Assembly (NCBI GenBank): GCA_965644495.1
Contig: CBFFSA010000060.1
Coordinates: forward strand, 1 to 48,265
Direction: 5' to 3'
Length of the DNA stretch: 48,265 bases
Origin: Perkinsela sp. CCAP 1560/9
Taxonomy: Eukaryota; Protista; Euglenozoa: Kinetoplastea
Program-made: the position numbers and the translations under genes
The notes under the pieces: generated by a model
Seen by the model: the letters and a program-made list of their open reading frames with translations, nothing else
Databases searched by the model: none
Told to the model about the DNA's origin: nothing
In this document: positions 33,388-46,257 of the stretch, piece by piece
Position numbering within the stretch: the stretch's first letter is position 1
How the letters are laid out: every line of letters starts with the position of its first letter

Positions 33388-36300
33388 CCAATCCATCCAA
33401 TCCAAAAGACCGACATATGTCGGTTAGAATGTTAAATGTTTTCCCCCCGAACTTATACTCCCTCGCCTTCCAGTTCAGAGTTTAGTAGTGCCTACTATTT
33501 TACTTTCACACAATACTTTTCCTTTATCTTCCTGAACTCTTCCTCAGGGTATTCCGAACCTGCTGGTGGAAACACATCTTCCGCCCAACTCTTACTATGA
33601 AGGCGCCCTCTTTCCACCAGTTTTCGCAATCTTCCCGCACAGCGTGACTTTAGCCTCGGCGCCACGCTTGGGTGCTGGATTGGTTTTCGTCTTTCCCTTT
33701 TCCAAGGTTCTATGTTTTATCAGCTTTTCCAAGGATTTGTCGATTTGTGATGCGTTGGAATCATTACTTGTTTTTCTCTTTTTCTGCTCAGGCGGTCGAG
33801 GAACTTTTCGCTCTGCAATCAGTGCTAACCCATCTGCCTCGTCGTTCCATTTATTTCCTGAGTGACCCTTGACTTTGCACATATATATTGAGTACAAATC
33901 ATGTTTTAAGGACCGTAATTTTCCGTCTAACTGGGAGAACAAATCTCCATTTAAAACCCCCTTGTAACCAACGATTCGCCGCCGATATCGAAGATTGTGA
34001 AAGAAGTCCCATAGATAGTAAGAGTCTGTATGAAACAGACAAGCGCATGGTTTTGACGGCAGTTGGAGAAGGGCATGCTGAAAAGCTAAGATCTCTACTC
34101 GCTCAATAGTGTCTGATTCCAATGGTATGGATATCCGTGAGGGTTCGCATCGTGGTTTTAGAACTACGATACCTATGCCACTTCGAATCTCTTTCGTATT
34201 TTTCATCGGCAGAACAGAGCCATCGGTATAGATTTGTATGGCTTTATAGGCTGGAAAAGGCACATTTGATTCTTCAACGAACTGTAATTCTGAAGGACTT
34301 TTTTGTTTTTTAGCTTTGGCAAGAGCAGTTTTCCACTTTGCTGACCCAATTTTTTCGTATTCTATGAGCGGTTCAAGTTCACGTCGCAATTTTTCTGTCA
34401 GACGATACCAGTGTTCACGGTCTGACGCAAATACCAATGCCTCTTCCAGTGTAATGTTAAGATCCTTGAAGCAAGCCTCGCTTGGAGATAAATTGCGTGC
34501 ATTCGAGCGTTGTTTCCACTGTACGAGCTCTTGAAAATCACTGGAGTGCCTCAGCATGTGCCCGACGAGCTTGGCCCTCTGAACCTTGTGTATAGTAGAA
34601 AAGCGCTCAGTTTCAAGATACAGAGAAGCATTCGGGTAGCTCATTCCGTATTCATCTAATCTGTTGCATTGGCAAACTATTCTTCTCATGTTGTTAACTT
34701 CAACGTCAATTCTTCGGAGCATGGATTTTGAAATAGAAAGTGCACCGGTCCCAAAGTTTAGCACCGGATATACTATTGAATCGTAGAGGCGCAGCTTAGT
34801 CTCCGGGCTAAGTGGTGAAGACCAAATACCATTCATTCGAAAGAGAGATCCCCAAGCTAGTTTCAATCGATCTTTAACTGTAGATGTAAAATCATTTTCC
34901 TGCCGATGCCCTAAGTGTTTGTAAGACGTAAGTTTCGGAATCATCCCCGAGAATTTGCTGTTCAGGCTCTCGCTGCTCATTTGAGATTTACCAAAAGTTA
35001 ACCAGGCTGTCTTGTTTGCTCCGACGGCTAGTTTCAGATTAGCTTTGCGTGACTCTTCAGCTACATTGTCTATCATATTTGTCAAACCACTCTTCGTGTC
35101 ACTAAATAACGCTATATCGTCCGCATACTCAATGTCACTCAGGCGCTTTTCATGAAGACCCCGCTTTCTTGTACCCCCAGAGCTGAGAAGAACCCCGTCT
35201 GATTTTCCATCTAGCGCTTTATTGAGAATTCTATCTAACACCATAACGAACAGATAAGGCGCCAATACATCCTTGAAGTATTCCTGTAGTGATAGGGAAA
35301 GGTTTTGTGATTCCAATAGAAGTTCGTACAGTGCCTTTCAGCTCATCGTATATAGACATTATCATCTTAGAAAGACATGGACCTACTCGAAATGCATGCA
35401 AACTAGCTTTAATAGCAGCGAACGATACCGAAGGAAATGCTTTAGCAAAGTCTATAAAAGCTACAGAAAGGCCTTGTCCTCTGAATGCTTTGGTTTTTAT
35501 TTCGTTCATGATAATCTGAGCTCCAGAAGTCGCTCGGTTTGGTCGAAACCCATACTGGTTACCCCGAAGAGACTTTTCAATGTTGGGTCTAATGCGGGAG
35601 AGTATCATATGATTCATGAGCTTAACTACGCTATTTACTACGCATATAGGCCGCCAATTCTCAATGTTAGTGAGGACTCCTTTCTTTGGGATGGGTATTT
35701 GAAGAGTGTTGCGCCAGGCTTCCTCTGTGACCCCCGTTAATTATATTCAGGAGATGCGATCTCAGATCAGGGTGGACCGCTATAGCTTGAAGGGCTTCCA
35801 TTGGTATTCCGTCACTTCCCGGTGTTTTTCCTCTTCTGAAATGTTCTAAAGACGAGAGCTGATTCGTCTTCGTTTTGGGATCACTGACTCGCCATTTAAT
35901 TTGAATTCTGGCTATAACACAACAGTGAGTAGTAGGAATGGGTGCCTTGATCACTTTGTGTCGTTGAACTGCCGATGCAAATCTGCTACAAATAAATATG
36001 TGATCTAACTGCCTTAGAGCTTTGTTTGGTAATTCGCATGTCCATTTCCGACTACTTGGACAAAGACTGTGCGCAGACTTACAGTCTATAGAACAAGAAA
36101 GTCCTTTAAGACGGGCGGCCGCAATGGGATCTAGATCCTTATTTGTTATATGTGTCAAAGGTGCATTAAAGTCGCCCAGTACAATTAATGGGCGACGCGG
36201 GTTGCTTTCCCTTATTCTCAAGCAGCAACGTTCGAGTTCTCCTTAGAACTCCGTAACCTCTACGTCCTTAGAATCGCGTGTAGGAGAATATACGTTAATA

Positions 36301-36629
36301 ACTGTTGCGACTCCTTCCTCCATCTCAAATTCACCCGACATAATCCTTTCACTGATTTTAGATACCTTAGACAAGGGAAAAGTGCTGACGAATCCCATTC
36401 CATTGTATGCATCCTTTGCGCGCGCTGGAATGAGGTTCAAGTGAAACTCTGCGTTCCGATATTGTACTTTGCGGTGAAGGACATCCGACTTTTCAGAAGA
36501 TGGGAATCTGAATCGCGTTTCCTGCAGGCCCAGAATATTTATTCCCTTCAGGCCAATGAAGGCAAGTACTTCGCAAAGGTGTCCGCACTTTCGTAGGCTA
36601 AACTCGTCTTCACCTTTCAGCTTAAGAGT
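33388..36629 (-). mobile_element. LINE (RTE-like by inference) encoding APE endonuclease, reverse transcriptase and RNase H; slightly 5'-truncated and frameshifted
   Basis: APE: GLQETR, NVYSPT, LGDFNA, LDHIFI. RT: QYGFRP, FIDFAKAF, GILQG, YADDI. RNase H: IYTDGS, RVEI, HTDSYY, KVKGHSGNKWNDEADGLA. 3' hairpin ACCGACAT-ATGTCGGT followed by a (TTGGA)n tail. Confidence 0.9.
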
Positions 36630-37214
36630 ACGCACTAAAATACTTCTATGAGACTTCCTACATTGATCGTCTTCCTGGAAGACGAATCGTCTATACGAAG
36701 TCAATGGAGAACTAGTCAACTATACGAAGTCAATGGAGATGGCTCACGTCGAACACGTTTTGACATTGAGCGCAATCCAAAAGACGCACTAAAATACTTC
36801 TATGAGACTTCCTACATTGATCGTCTTCCTTTGGAAGATTTTTCAGTCAGTACGGAAGCTCAAGAAAAGTGCATGAAAAGGTACAAAAAGAGAATGAACG
36901 ACGACCAACGTATCACAAGTTGTGATTCTTGTAAAGTTATTCTTCTCGAAAGTGACCTTCCGAATCCCGAAGCGCAACTTTGTGCAAGAGATCAAAGAAT
37001 AATGGACAAAAAAGGGAGAATTCCCCGCGGTCCAGTAGAACAACCTTCTACAAATCACCTTCCAGTACCCACGCTGGTAGAAGAGATCCTTCTTCAAAAG
37101 GTGTTTTTACACTGCACAATCATCAGTGTGCATAGGAAAGGTGGCGCATATGCCGCATCCTTGACGCCAGACTCCTCCTCCTGAGGCCAGGAGGAATCAC
37201 CCTCCCTTTCAAGA

Positions 37215-37605
37215 GGCGGAGGTGGCGGAGTGGCAAGAATTCAAAGTTTGAAGCACATGGTGCTCAGACGGCGAGTTCAAACCCGCTCATCGCAATATTC
37301 CCGGCGGCCTCACTCTAAGAGGCTGGGCTGATAACCGACTAGGCCCAGTACTCGGAGGACCGTCCCGGACCCTCCCCTCAGGGAAACAGCTCCCTTACCC
37401 GGCTTACACCTCTTGGGTAAGCCGTGTTGACGTACAGTTCGTCGACGCAGCGTGTTGGCAACAGCACGTTGGTGCCGCCTTGGACAAGCGGAAACTGGTA
37501 GAGGACGTCGGCCTCGGAACTTCCAAATCTGTCTGTGAAGGGTCTGGCTTGCCAGTGACCATCCGGAGCAATCCGGAATGATTTGGATTTTTTTTTTTTT
37601 TTTTT
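37215..37605 (+). mobile_element. SINE family A, full length, inserted in the Helitron ORF
   Basis: A and B boxes, TTTGGA plus poly-T tail. TGAGGCCAG is repeated at 37182-37190 and 37605-37613 (possible TSD). Confidence 0.88.
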
Positions 37606-37662
37606 GAGGCCAGACACGAAGTTCACTGGACACTGGCTACAGCACGCGAAAACCTTGAGCTC

Positions 37663-40600
37663 TTGCAACTCGAAAGAGTTCCTGATCTCGAGGGCGCGAT
37701 TAAGAACATCCAAATTGTTTGGATAGCCAACGAACGGAGAACGAAACGTAGTCAAAGACTATGTTCTGCACAGCTGAGTGGCATATTCGGCGTGAAATCA
37801 GAGACCCTGAACACCTGGGTAAACTTCCTCTGTGAGCATAACCACGTGTATGCTCAACTGAAAGAGGAAGGAAAGATCAACGTTGTTACCGAGCAACATT
37901 GTAGAGACGTTGTCTCACATCTTTGGGATAGATCTGTTTCCCAGGAGGGTGAAAACGCCATCAACAGTATGGTCACCCAAGCAGTGGCTTCCGATACGTT
38001 ACATCGCGATCCTCGCGGTGAGATCACACGATCTTTTGTAACTGATCACAGCCTTGTAAGCAATGCGCCGTCGGGTGCGCAAATTACGCATGCCGTGGCG
38101 ATGCAACTGAAACAAAAAGAAGGTTTACTCAAGGAGTATACCGACATGGAAAACATCTTGCTCGGAGCATTTCCGACGCTGATGCAAAAGTACCCTTTTA
38201 ATGGTTCAACGTTTGAACTATATGAAATCAAGGAAATTCTAGAGCAATCGGATTCCCGATTTGCAAAGAATGCTGGATTCATATTTTACTGCTACGATGT
38301 GCTTCGGCGCCGTGCAGTCTCATCAGCAGTAGTGCAAAATCTGAAGTATAACAAAGATATGCACAGAAGCCTCATGAATTTTTGCAATGCTGATGCTTTC
38401 TATCACATTGTGCAACAGGCTATAAGGAACCCAAACAGTTCCGAGGCGAAACTTCTGGAAACAAAGTTTCTGTTCCATTTGTGCAAGTATGCGGAAAAAC
38501 GATACCCTTTTCGCCGGCAAAGCGAAAGGCATCACAAGGCCAGATCTACGCCTTATACAGGCGATACGGGCTGCCAAGTTACTGGATCACAGTGAGTCCA
38601 AACATGAACGATAACGTTCTAGCTCTAAGAATCATCACAAATGATGAGAGCGAAAAAATGCAGGAAATGCGGGCCAACCTTCTAAAGCGATCTGAGCTTG
38701 TGCAAGGGAATCCTGTCAGATCCACTAGCATTTTCGAACGGCAAATCCGTACTCTTCTTACCGAATTGTACGGAATGTCGAATGTAGATGAGGTAAAGAA
38801 GGAACGTGACGTTCTTGAAGGCCTCTTTGGTCGCCCTCGAGCATTTTTTGGTGTTGTAGAATGCCAGAAAAGAGGTGCGCTACACTTTCATAGTGTGCTA
38901 TGGCCGAATCTTAGTCCACATTACGTCTCCGAATTAATTCACATTGTGAAGGAGCACGATGGTCTCGCGAAGTCTTTGGGTACGACGATGCGCGCTGATC
39001 TGCCCGAGTGGGCGCAAAGGATCAGTAAGGAGCTTTACGGCCCTGCAACGCTCGACTACTCAAAGATGTATCGCGGAGGTCTGCATATCATTCCTGATGG
39101 AAAGGATGATTATTTCAGGGAACATGTGGCCAAATGTGCTGTTGATGTTCAGCAGCACGTTGGTCACAGACCCATGTGTTTCAAAATGAAAGGAAACATT
39201 AGCAAGAACAAATGCCGATATGGCATTCCATCCGTACTTCATGAAAATGAAACGGAAGTTAGAGAGGTTGAGGTTCAGATGGATGAATCCGGACAACCGG
39301 AATTCCGGCACAAGGCTCCAACACGGCCGATTAAAAATGATACCATTTGGCCAGTACTTGATGAAAGGTCTCTGATTGTGCTTCTGTGCAATAACCAGGA
39401 CCCGACACAACACACTAAATGGGGATCCATCACCGTTCAGTACAATAAAATACTCACTGCTTGCGTAAGATGCAATACATGTGTAGTTTTCATTGGGAGC
39501 GAAGGTCCCGGCATAAAAATTATGCAGTATCACATAAAATATATGAGCAAGGACATTGGTCCACCTGTGTACATTGTACCAGCACTTCGCGCAGCCAATG
39601 ACCACCTTCAAATGGGTCTGAATTCAGAGCACAGAGTGCAAACTGACATTCCGATGGCACGCTTAGTTCTACAGAAATTGTCGAACATGACACATCGAAA
39701 GATAGAAGTTTCAATCGAAATGGCAACTGCCTTTTGTCTCGGCCAATCCTCCGAGTATATGAGCCATAACTTCACATGGATCAATATGAACCGTGTAATG
39801 AAGTTCCTGGCAAATATCTCAAGTGAGTCAGATCACATAGATCTCGAAATCAGTGACGATGATTCGTCACAAGACTCTGATATGGAGTTCGACGACGGTA
39901 TCTTAGAGGCTCCTCTAATGATCACCGAACATGATTGTGCAGTTCTTGCACCACTCCATGTGCGTTACATGCACAGGGGCGAAGATCTTCAAGACCTTGA
40001 CCTGTATTCCTATGCAAGCATTGTCAGCGTAAAGAAGAAAAGAGCTGAACTAGCTCAAGAAGAGCCCGATCATGATTCAGATTTTGAGTCAGGGACAAAT
40101 CGAAGACGTCGTCGCGGACGTCGTGCTAATGGGGGATACGCCTTTGAGGACATTGAAGGCCTCCCGGAATTTGAGCCTGGAGATATTGTTGAGCAACAGG
40201 TGCGCTCTTTGCACACTGTGCCAGCTATACCAGGTTTTCCCATATTGAGTTCTTCAAAAGAACCTGGGGCACGAGCTCGAAGCCATCTTCGAGTAGCGAA
40301 ACACATGGTGGCATTGTTTTCCCCATGGACGAAAGGCTCACCGAGACATGAAATGACCCTAGAAGGGTTTGAAAAGCTTCTCAATGAAGCGAAAATAAAT
40401 ACGCCTGGAAAGTATGACATAATGTGCAATTTTCTTCGGCTTTTACATGCTTCGAAGAATACAGAGAACGCGGCAGATTTGTATCGACGCAAAGATGCTT
40501 GCACTCTGGGAGAAGCAAGATTAGAACGCAACATTGCGTACGAAAATGAGCTTGAAGTGCGAGAGGTTGAACCTCATCTTCAAGATGCTCTTGAAGCACA

Positions 40601-42333
40601 GCAGAACACTGCAGTGGTTAATGAAGAGCGATTGGTTCAGCAGAATGCATACTGCGAACTACAAACACGAGCTTTAACGGCCGCGTTAGGAGGTTCTACT
40701 GATAACTCCTCTGAAGAAAATGTTGATCTTGCATCGACAATGACAAGGACGAGGTCCAATATTTCAGTCATAAATGCGCGAGAGCGCTATGCTGAAATGA
40801 TCCAAAACGAACGATTTGCAACTTCGGCTCAATCTGAGCCAAGTGCACCAGTGGACAGAGCTCATTTTAATGAGGATCGTCCACTGGCTCGCAGTAATCA
40901 ATACGAAGAGATTACGTTCGATCGCAGCTACGTATTGCGCGAAGACAACAGTTCCATTGAACTGAATCAAGCACAGAGACAGTGCGTAAATCAAATTGAA
41001 GATTTACTAAACGGGAAACTAGACCCCGAGCGGAAATGTATGTTTCTGCTCGGTGGCCCCGGAACCGGGAAAAGTCTAGTTTCCCGTTTCATAATGCAAG
41101 AACTGGGAAGCCAATGTATTGCAATGGCGCCCACTGGGATCGCCGCATCAGTACTGCACTGTTGCACAATACACGCTTCCCTCTGCATACCGATAGGGGC
41201 TACTGCAAGAAATTTGAAACATCTTTCAAGCAGTAGCCTTCTACCATACCAACAAAGGTATGAGAAATGTCGATTAATCATAGTCGACGAAGTGTCAATG
41301 ATCAGCAAGTGTTTCCTTGCCTGTATCAACGCTAGGCTGCAGCAAATCAAAGGAAATGAGCAGCTTCCCTATGGAGGCATCAACATGCTCTTTGTTGGAG
41401 ATTTTTATCAGCTGAGACCAGTACAAGGAGCGTCTCTTACCATAGAAGATAGCTCTCCTGGTAATAATCCCATTTTTGAGAATATTTTTCAAGTCTCGTA
41501 TGTGTTTGAACTCAAACAACAAATGAGAGCACGACAAGACTGTATTTTCAGATATCTTGCGTCTTCTTCGAAAAGCTTCCAATGAGGGGTTGAAGAAGTT
41601 CATCCAATTGGTAAAACCTCTTACCTCTGAGGACCAAGAAAAGTTCCGCAATGCAATTGTCATTGTTGGAACAAATATTGAACGGCACAAGGTTATTGTC
41701 GCAATGGCAAGAAATTTTGCCAGACGTCACAATTGCCCATTGTTCGCATGTACGGGCGATAACGTCCAAGGTAAACTCATTGACACACACCCTGAAGCAT
41801 TTTCTGTATTTGTAAAAGGAGCACCCGGTGTAATCACCGAGAATATTGCTCCTTATACAATGCAAATTGCGAATGGGACAGTGATTGAAATGAGAGACCT
41901 TGTGTCAGACGATTTGTCATACGACACTATTGATGGTGTTCGTTATCTAAGAAAAGCCCCTTCTTTTATGCAATGCATTGAGAAGGGGTCAGGTGTAGAA
42001 TTTTACGCCAAAAAGGCGCAGCACCATGATAAGGCTTCCCAAGGAAACTTTCAAGTGGAATTGGGATTTGCCTATACGTATCACAAAGTACAAGGTATCA
42101 CCGTGAAGAACGGTGTTATTCTTGACTTGAATGATAAGGCGTGGTCCAAGAGACCGGAATTCGCCAAGCTCACAGTAGCAATATCCAGGGCACAATGCCT
42201 CGATGATATTCGAGTGCTCCCTGGCATGGGCACAGATCGCCCAGGAACACACCTGACTTCAGGTTACCATAGGCCTAAATTTCCGGCCATGGAAAAAGCA
42301 AATCGGCTTACCGATTTGACTTATCAATTCTAA
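37663..42333 (+). CDS. Helitron Rep (HUH Y2) - PIF1 SF1 helicase (2 frameshifts)
   Basis: Rep: FPTL, DSRFA, GLPSYWITVSP, ECQKRGALHFHSVLW, RCN, YHIKYMSK. Helicase: GGPGTGKS, APTGIAA, IVDEVSMI, GDFYQLRPV, QMRA, TYHKVQG, VAISRA. Confidence 0.93.
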
Positions 42334-42540
42334 GAAATTAGATTGAAACGATATTCTTAGGAAGACCTCTCTAGGGGGGAAGCAAGCTTGATACCGGTCA
42401 CAATCCCGGCGTCTTCAGCTTCGGCAGAAGAAGTGCGAGTGACCCCAACGCCCACGCGCCCTCTACCAAAAAAAATGTCTCCATCATAGCTGCAGAATTA
42501 CGCTCCGTCAAAATTGCTTTCAATTTTTTTTATCGAAATT

Positions 42541-42737
42541 TCAGAAGCTTGTTTGCTTCAAAAGCACCCACCGCGGCAGCGGGCCTGTACCGTCTCGAAG
42601 GGCGCCCCGGGCGGGCCCTTCAAAAAAAGATATCAGAAGCTTGTTTCCTTCAAAATTACATGTCACGAGGTAAAGCACCCACCGCGGCAGCGGGTCTGCA
42701 CCCTCTCGAAGGGCCCTCCGGGCAGGCCCTTCAAAAA
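42541..42737 (+). repeat. Duplicated GC-rich ~65-bp hairpin-forming unit upstream of the RRM ORF
   Basis: aaagcacccaccgcggcagcggg...GAAGGGC...GCCCTTCaaaaa occurs at 42561 and 42672; tcagaagcttgttt is also duplicated. Confidence 0.8.
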
Positions 42738-42823
42738 GAAGACTTCTACGTTCATGTATTGCTTTTTAAGTTGAATGTTTCTAGACTCAGCTTGATTTTT
42801 TTGAAAACTATCTTTGAATTGAC

Positions 42824-43166
42824 TATGGCCTCGGCGGAGAATCAATCAACCAATGGCAACGACATTTCCGACAAGGAAAGAGATACAAATCGCAAAAGAG
42901 ATGATTACTTAGAATCTCTACACGTTTTGCGCTCTGCGCGCGAAGAGCGTGACGAGCGCTCAATCACAATAGAACACCTTCCCTCCTCTACGGCTAAAGA
43001 AGACCTTACCAAGCATTACGCTTCTTATGGCGAAATCGATTGCATAACAATCGTATCAAAAAAGGGACTGGCGCACGTGTGTTTTAGCACTACGGAAGAA
43101 GAAAAGCGTGCATCGAGCGTTTACTTCAAAGGGAAAAAGAAGAGAAACAGATACTTAAATTTCTGA
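42824..43166 (+). CDS. Small RRM protein, copy 2 (Helitron cargo)
   Basis: MASAENQSTN...SITIEHLP...KGLAHVCF...KGKKKR; near-identical to 12566-12940. Confidence 0.65.
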
Positions 43167-44502
43167 ATAAGTGTGTAAGAAGACGTTTGGAAGTGAAAGT
43201 TGGTTTAAAATTTTGAAGTCATGATTCGAAGGTTGGAGAAGGAAAGAAAACACTTTTCTTTCGAGAAATTTTCGGCTTAAATTCGTCCACAGGACCGTTT
43301 TTTTACGATTCATCGCATCAAAGTTTTTCTGTGGTTTTACTTTGTGTCTCGGAAACCCTCTGTAAGTATTTGTCACTTCGCATTTTCTAAACTCAAATAA
43401 ATACAATTGAAACTAAATTTGTTAAAAAAATGTTTACATTTACATAGCAGATCTACATTTGCAGTCATCACTTCTTCTATTTTTAGCCTGATCATTCAAC
43501 AAATATGATTTTGATGACTCAATTAGTGCATACCCAACGTACTGTCAGAAAAGCGTTCCGACATGGCATTAACTTCACCCCTGGCGTAAACCAAATGAAT
43601 CAAAACGAAGAAGTAAACCCACGAGGTAAATCCCCCCCCCCTTCAAAAGCCGGGGTGAATTCAAGTGCCTTTCAAAAAAAGAGGTCTCCACCCTGCTTCG
43701 TTCAAAATCGTGCGAACCGAAGGAAAACAAATGTGAGCGGAAATATGGAAAAACAACCCTATTTTTGCCCAACTATCGGCTCTTTTTGGACCAAATCCAG
43801 AATTATCCCTCTGGTTTCTTTTACTCTCCTGTCAAATTTTTCTTTTCTAAGCTCTTCGTTAAACGCGGTAAAGGAAAAAAATATAAAAGGGGGATCCGGT
43901 GGTCCAAAATTGAAAACAAAAATTGAAAAAAATGGGGGGTCTATGGGGGGGGGCATACCCTACCAGGGGTTGACCCCCCCTCGTATCCGCAAGACGGGTC
44001 CGTCAAGTTCCGATTTTTTCGGAAAAAACAATTTGAAAAAATTTTCAACTTGACGAAAAAATTGGTAAAAAGAATATTTTTCCAAAGTTGTTTCGCCTAT
44101 TGTATTTTTATAGTTCGGGACCTATTCTAGCTTTTTACGTCATTGGTTTTGCGAGGTGTAGCTTCTTGAAGCCGTGGTACGACTCCCAAAATGTCCCATT
44201 TTTGATCAAAAAATGCGAAAAAGTAATTTTTGGACACCAAGAGGTCTTTTTGAATCGTGTGGTTGGAGTCGCATTCTCGACTTTAGTGCTCTATATACAA
44301 AAATCACCCCATTTTTACCAAAAAATCGGCAATTTTTGGCTCAAATCCTTCCGTTTTCTTCCCCGTCCCTGGCCAATTTTCTTTTTTAGGCTCTTCGTCA
44401 AACGCGGAGGGAGTTTTCAACGCGAAGCGCGCAGCATGAGTGACTTCTAGGTTGAAAACAACCACCGCGTTTAACGAAGAGCCTAAAAAAGAAAATTATT
44501 TA

Positions 44503-45496
44503 TTGCGGTGGTTGTATAACTACCGCTCTACCCTCGATTGCGGTGGCTGTAAAACTACCGCTCTACACTCGATTATTGAAAAAAAAGTGAACAAAAACAG
44601 TGAAAATATAAAGGGGAACACAGTAATATAATAGAAGAAAAAAATATAAAAGGGGGCTCCGGTGGAGTAAAACTGAAAAAAAAAATTGAAAAAAATGGTG
44701 GGTCCATGGGGGAGGTCCATGGGGCGGGTCCAGGGTGGGGTCCAGGGGGGGATCCAGGGGGGGGTCCAGGGGGGGTTCCAGGGGGGGGACCAGGGGGTCA
44801 TGGTCGAGCAATTTTTTTCGAAAAAATTAGATTTCGAAAAAATACCGCAGAAAGGGTAGCCGGGGTCTTGGCGCGCATTTTCCACCCCCCTACCCGGGGG
44901 TGACCCCCCCGCGTATCCGCAGGACCGGTCCGCCAATTTCGGATTTTTTCGGAAAAAAAATTTTGAAAAAAATTTCAACATGGCTAAAAAAATGGTAAAA
45001 AACATATTTTTCCAAAATCGTTTCCCCTATTGTATTGTGATAGTTTGGGACCTACACTAGCATTCTCCGAAGTTGTTTTCGCAAGGTATCCCTTCTTCGA
45101 ACTGTGGTGCGCCCCTCAAAATGACCCATTTTTGACTAAAAAAGGTGAAAAAGTATTTTTCGGACCTAAAGGGGGATTTTTGTGTCGAAAGAATGGTGCG
45201 GTTGGAGTCGCATTCTCTACCCAATACGTTAAGTAGGCTTTCATTCATGCCTACGAGTGATTTCCCACGCGTAAATGTCGGATTTAGTGCTCTGAGAGCA
45301 AAAGTACGCGAAAATCACCCCATTTTTACCAAAATTCGGCTATTTTTGGTTATAATCTTTCCGTTTTCCAGGCTAAATTTTCTTTTTTAGGCTCTTCGGT
45401 AAACGCGGCGGTAGCTTTCAACGCGAAGCGCGCAGCATGAGTGACTTCTAAGTTGAAAACAACCACCGCGTTTAACGAAGAGCCTAAAAAAGAAAA
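44503..45496 (+). mobile_element. Complete non-autonomous Helitron2-like element; 5' unit duplicated
   Basis: Both termini present; directly in tandem with the 3' end at 44495. Confidence 0.9.
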
Positions 45497-46177
45497 TATT
45501 ATTAGCTCCAATGGCCTCCAGCCTCCGGAAAATGGTGCCATATTTTTCGAGTTGTTGAACTAATTTGGAACTTACGGATTGATTCTCTCCAACAAAGGCA
45601 CCGAGAAATTTGGCGGCTTTTGCTTCTGTTGAAATGCCTTGACACTCTAGAGTATCAAAAAAAAAGAGTATCAGGCATTTCTAGAGTATCAGGCATTGCG
45701 ATGTTATTCTTGCCGGTGAACCAAACGCATTTTTGGCATGACAGCTCTATTCTTTTCTCCTGAAGAAGTACCTTAAACCGATGGAAAGCCGTGCTAATGA
45801 GCGCAGGGTCTTTAGAAGCAAAATTTACGTCATCGATGTATGCATAGATATATAGTTCGGGAAATTCTTGTGCCATCATTTCCCGCAATGGCTGGAAAAA
45901 CATACAGAAGTATAACGTAGATAACGATGAACTCTGTCGGACCCCTAATGTGCTATTAACCATACAGTCTTTGGAATGGTTTCATCGTGTGGAAGGCAAA
46001 CATTGCTTTCGCAATGTCGTCGCGGGTGGGGGCCTTCAAGGCATTCTTGACATCCAGAGAAAGAATTGCGTGTCCGTCATTGTACAAAGCGTGTAGTTTA
46101 TGGGCCACTTGTTCACATCCTCCGTTCATCATTACGCCGTGTTGCATTGGCTTGAAGCGCACGTAGTCTAACGGTTA

Positions 46178-46249
46178 GCGCACGTAGTCTAACGGTTAGG
46201 ATGCTTGCCTTCCAAGCACGCGGAACGGGTTCGACTCCCGGCGTGCGCG
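46178..46249 (+). tRNA. Eukaryotic-type tRNA-Gly(TCC), probably a retroposed pseudogene; its first 21 nt are duplicated at 46157-46177
   Basis: Acceptor stem GCGCACG/CGTGCGC, anticodon loop CTTCCAA, T loop GGTTCGACTCC, no CCA, followed by TTTT. There are stem mismatches and it sits inside a retrotransposon ORF. Confidence 0.8.
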
Positions 46250-46257
46250 TTTTGCAA

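Larger units (their letters stand above)
30132..44495 (+). mobile_element. Large Helitron2/Helentron-type rolling-circle transposon, 5' end missing, with three nested insertions
   Basis: Zn-finger coding region, Rep and PIF1 helicase, RRM ORF and a 3' terminal palindrome at ~44376-44495, all co-oriented. Confidence 0.75.

Noticed and set aside
37215-37295. SINE head as a functional tRNA (TTCAAA could suggest tRNA-Sec)
   Set aside because: The acceptor and anticodon stems do not pair convincingly; the parent tRNA cannot be assigned by eye.
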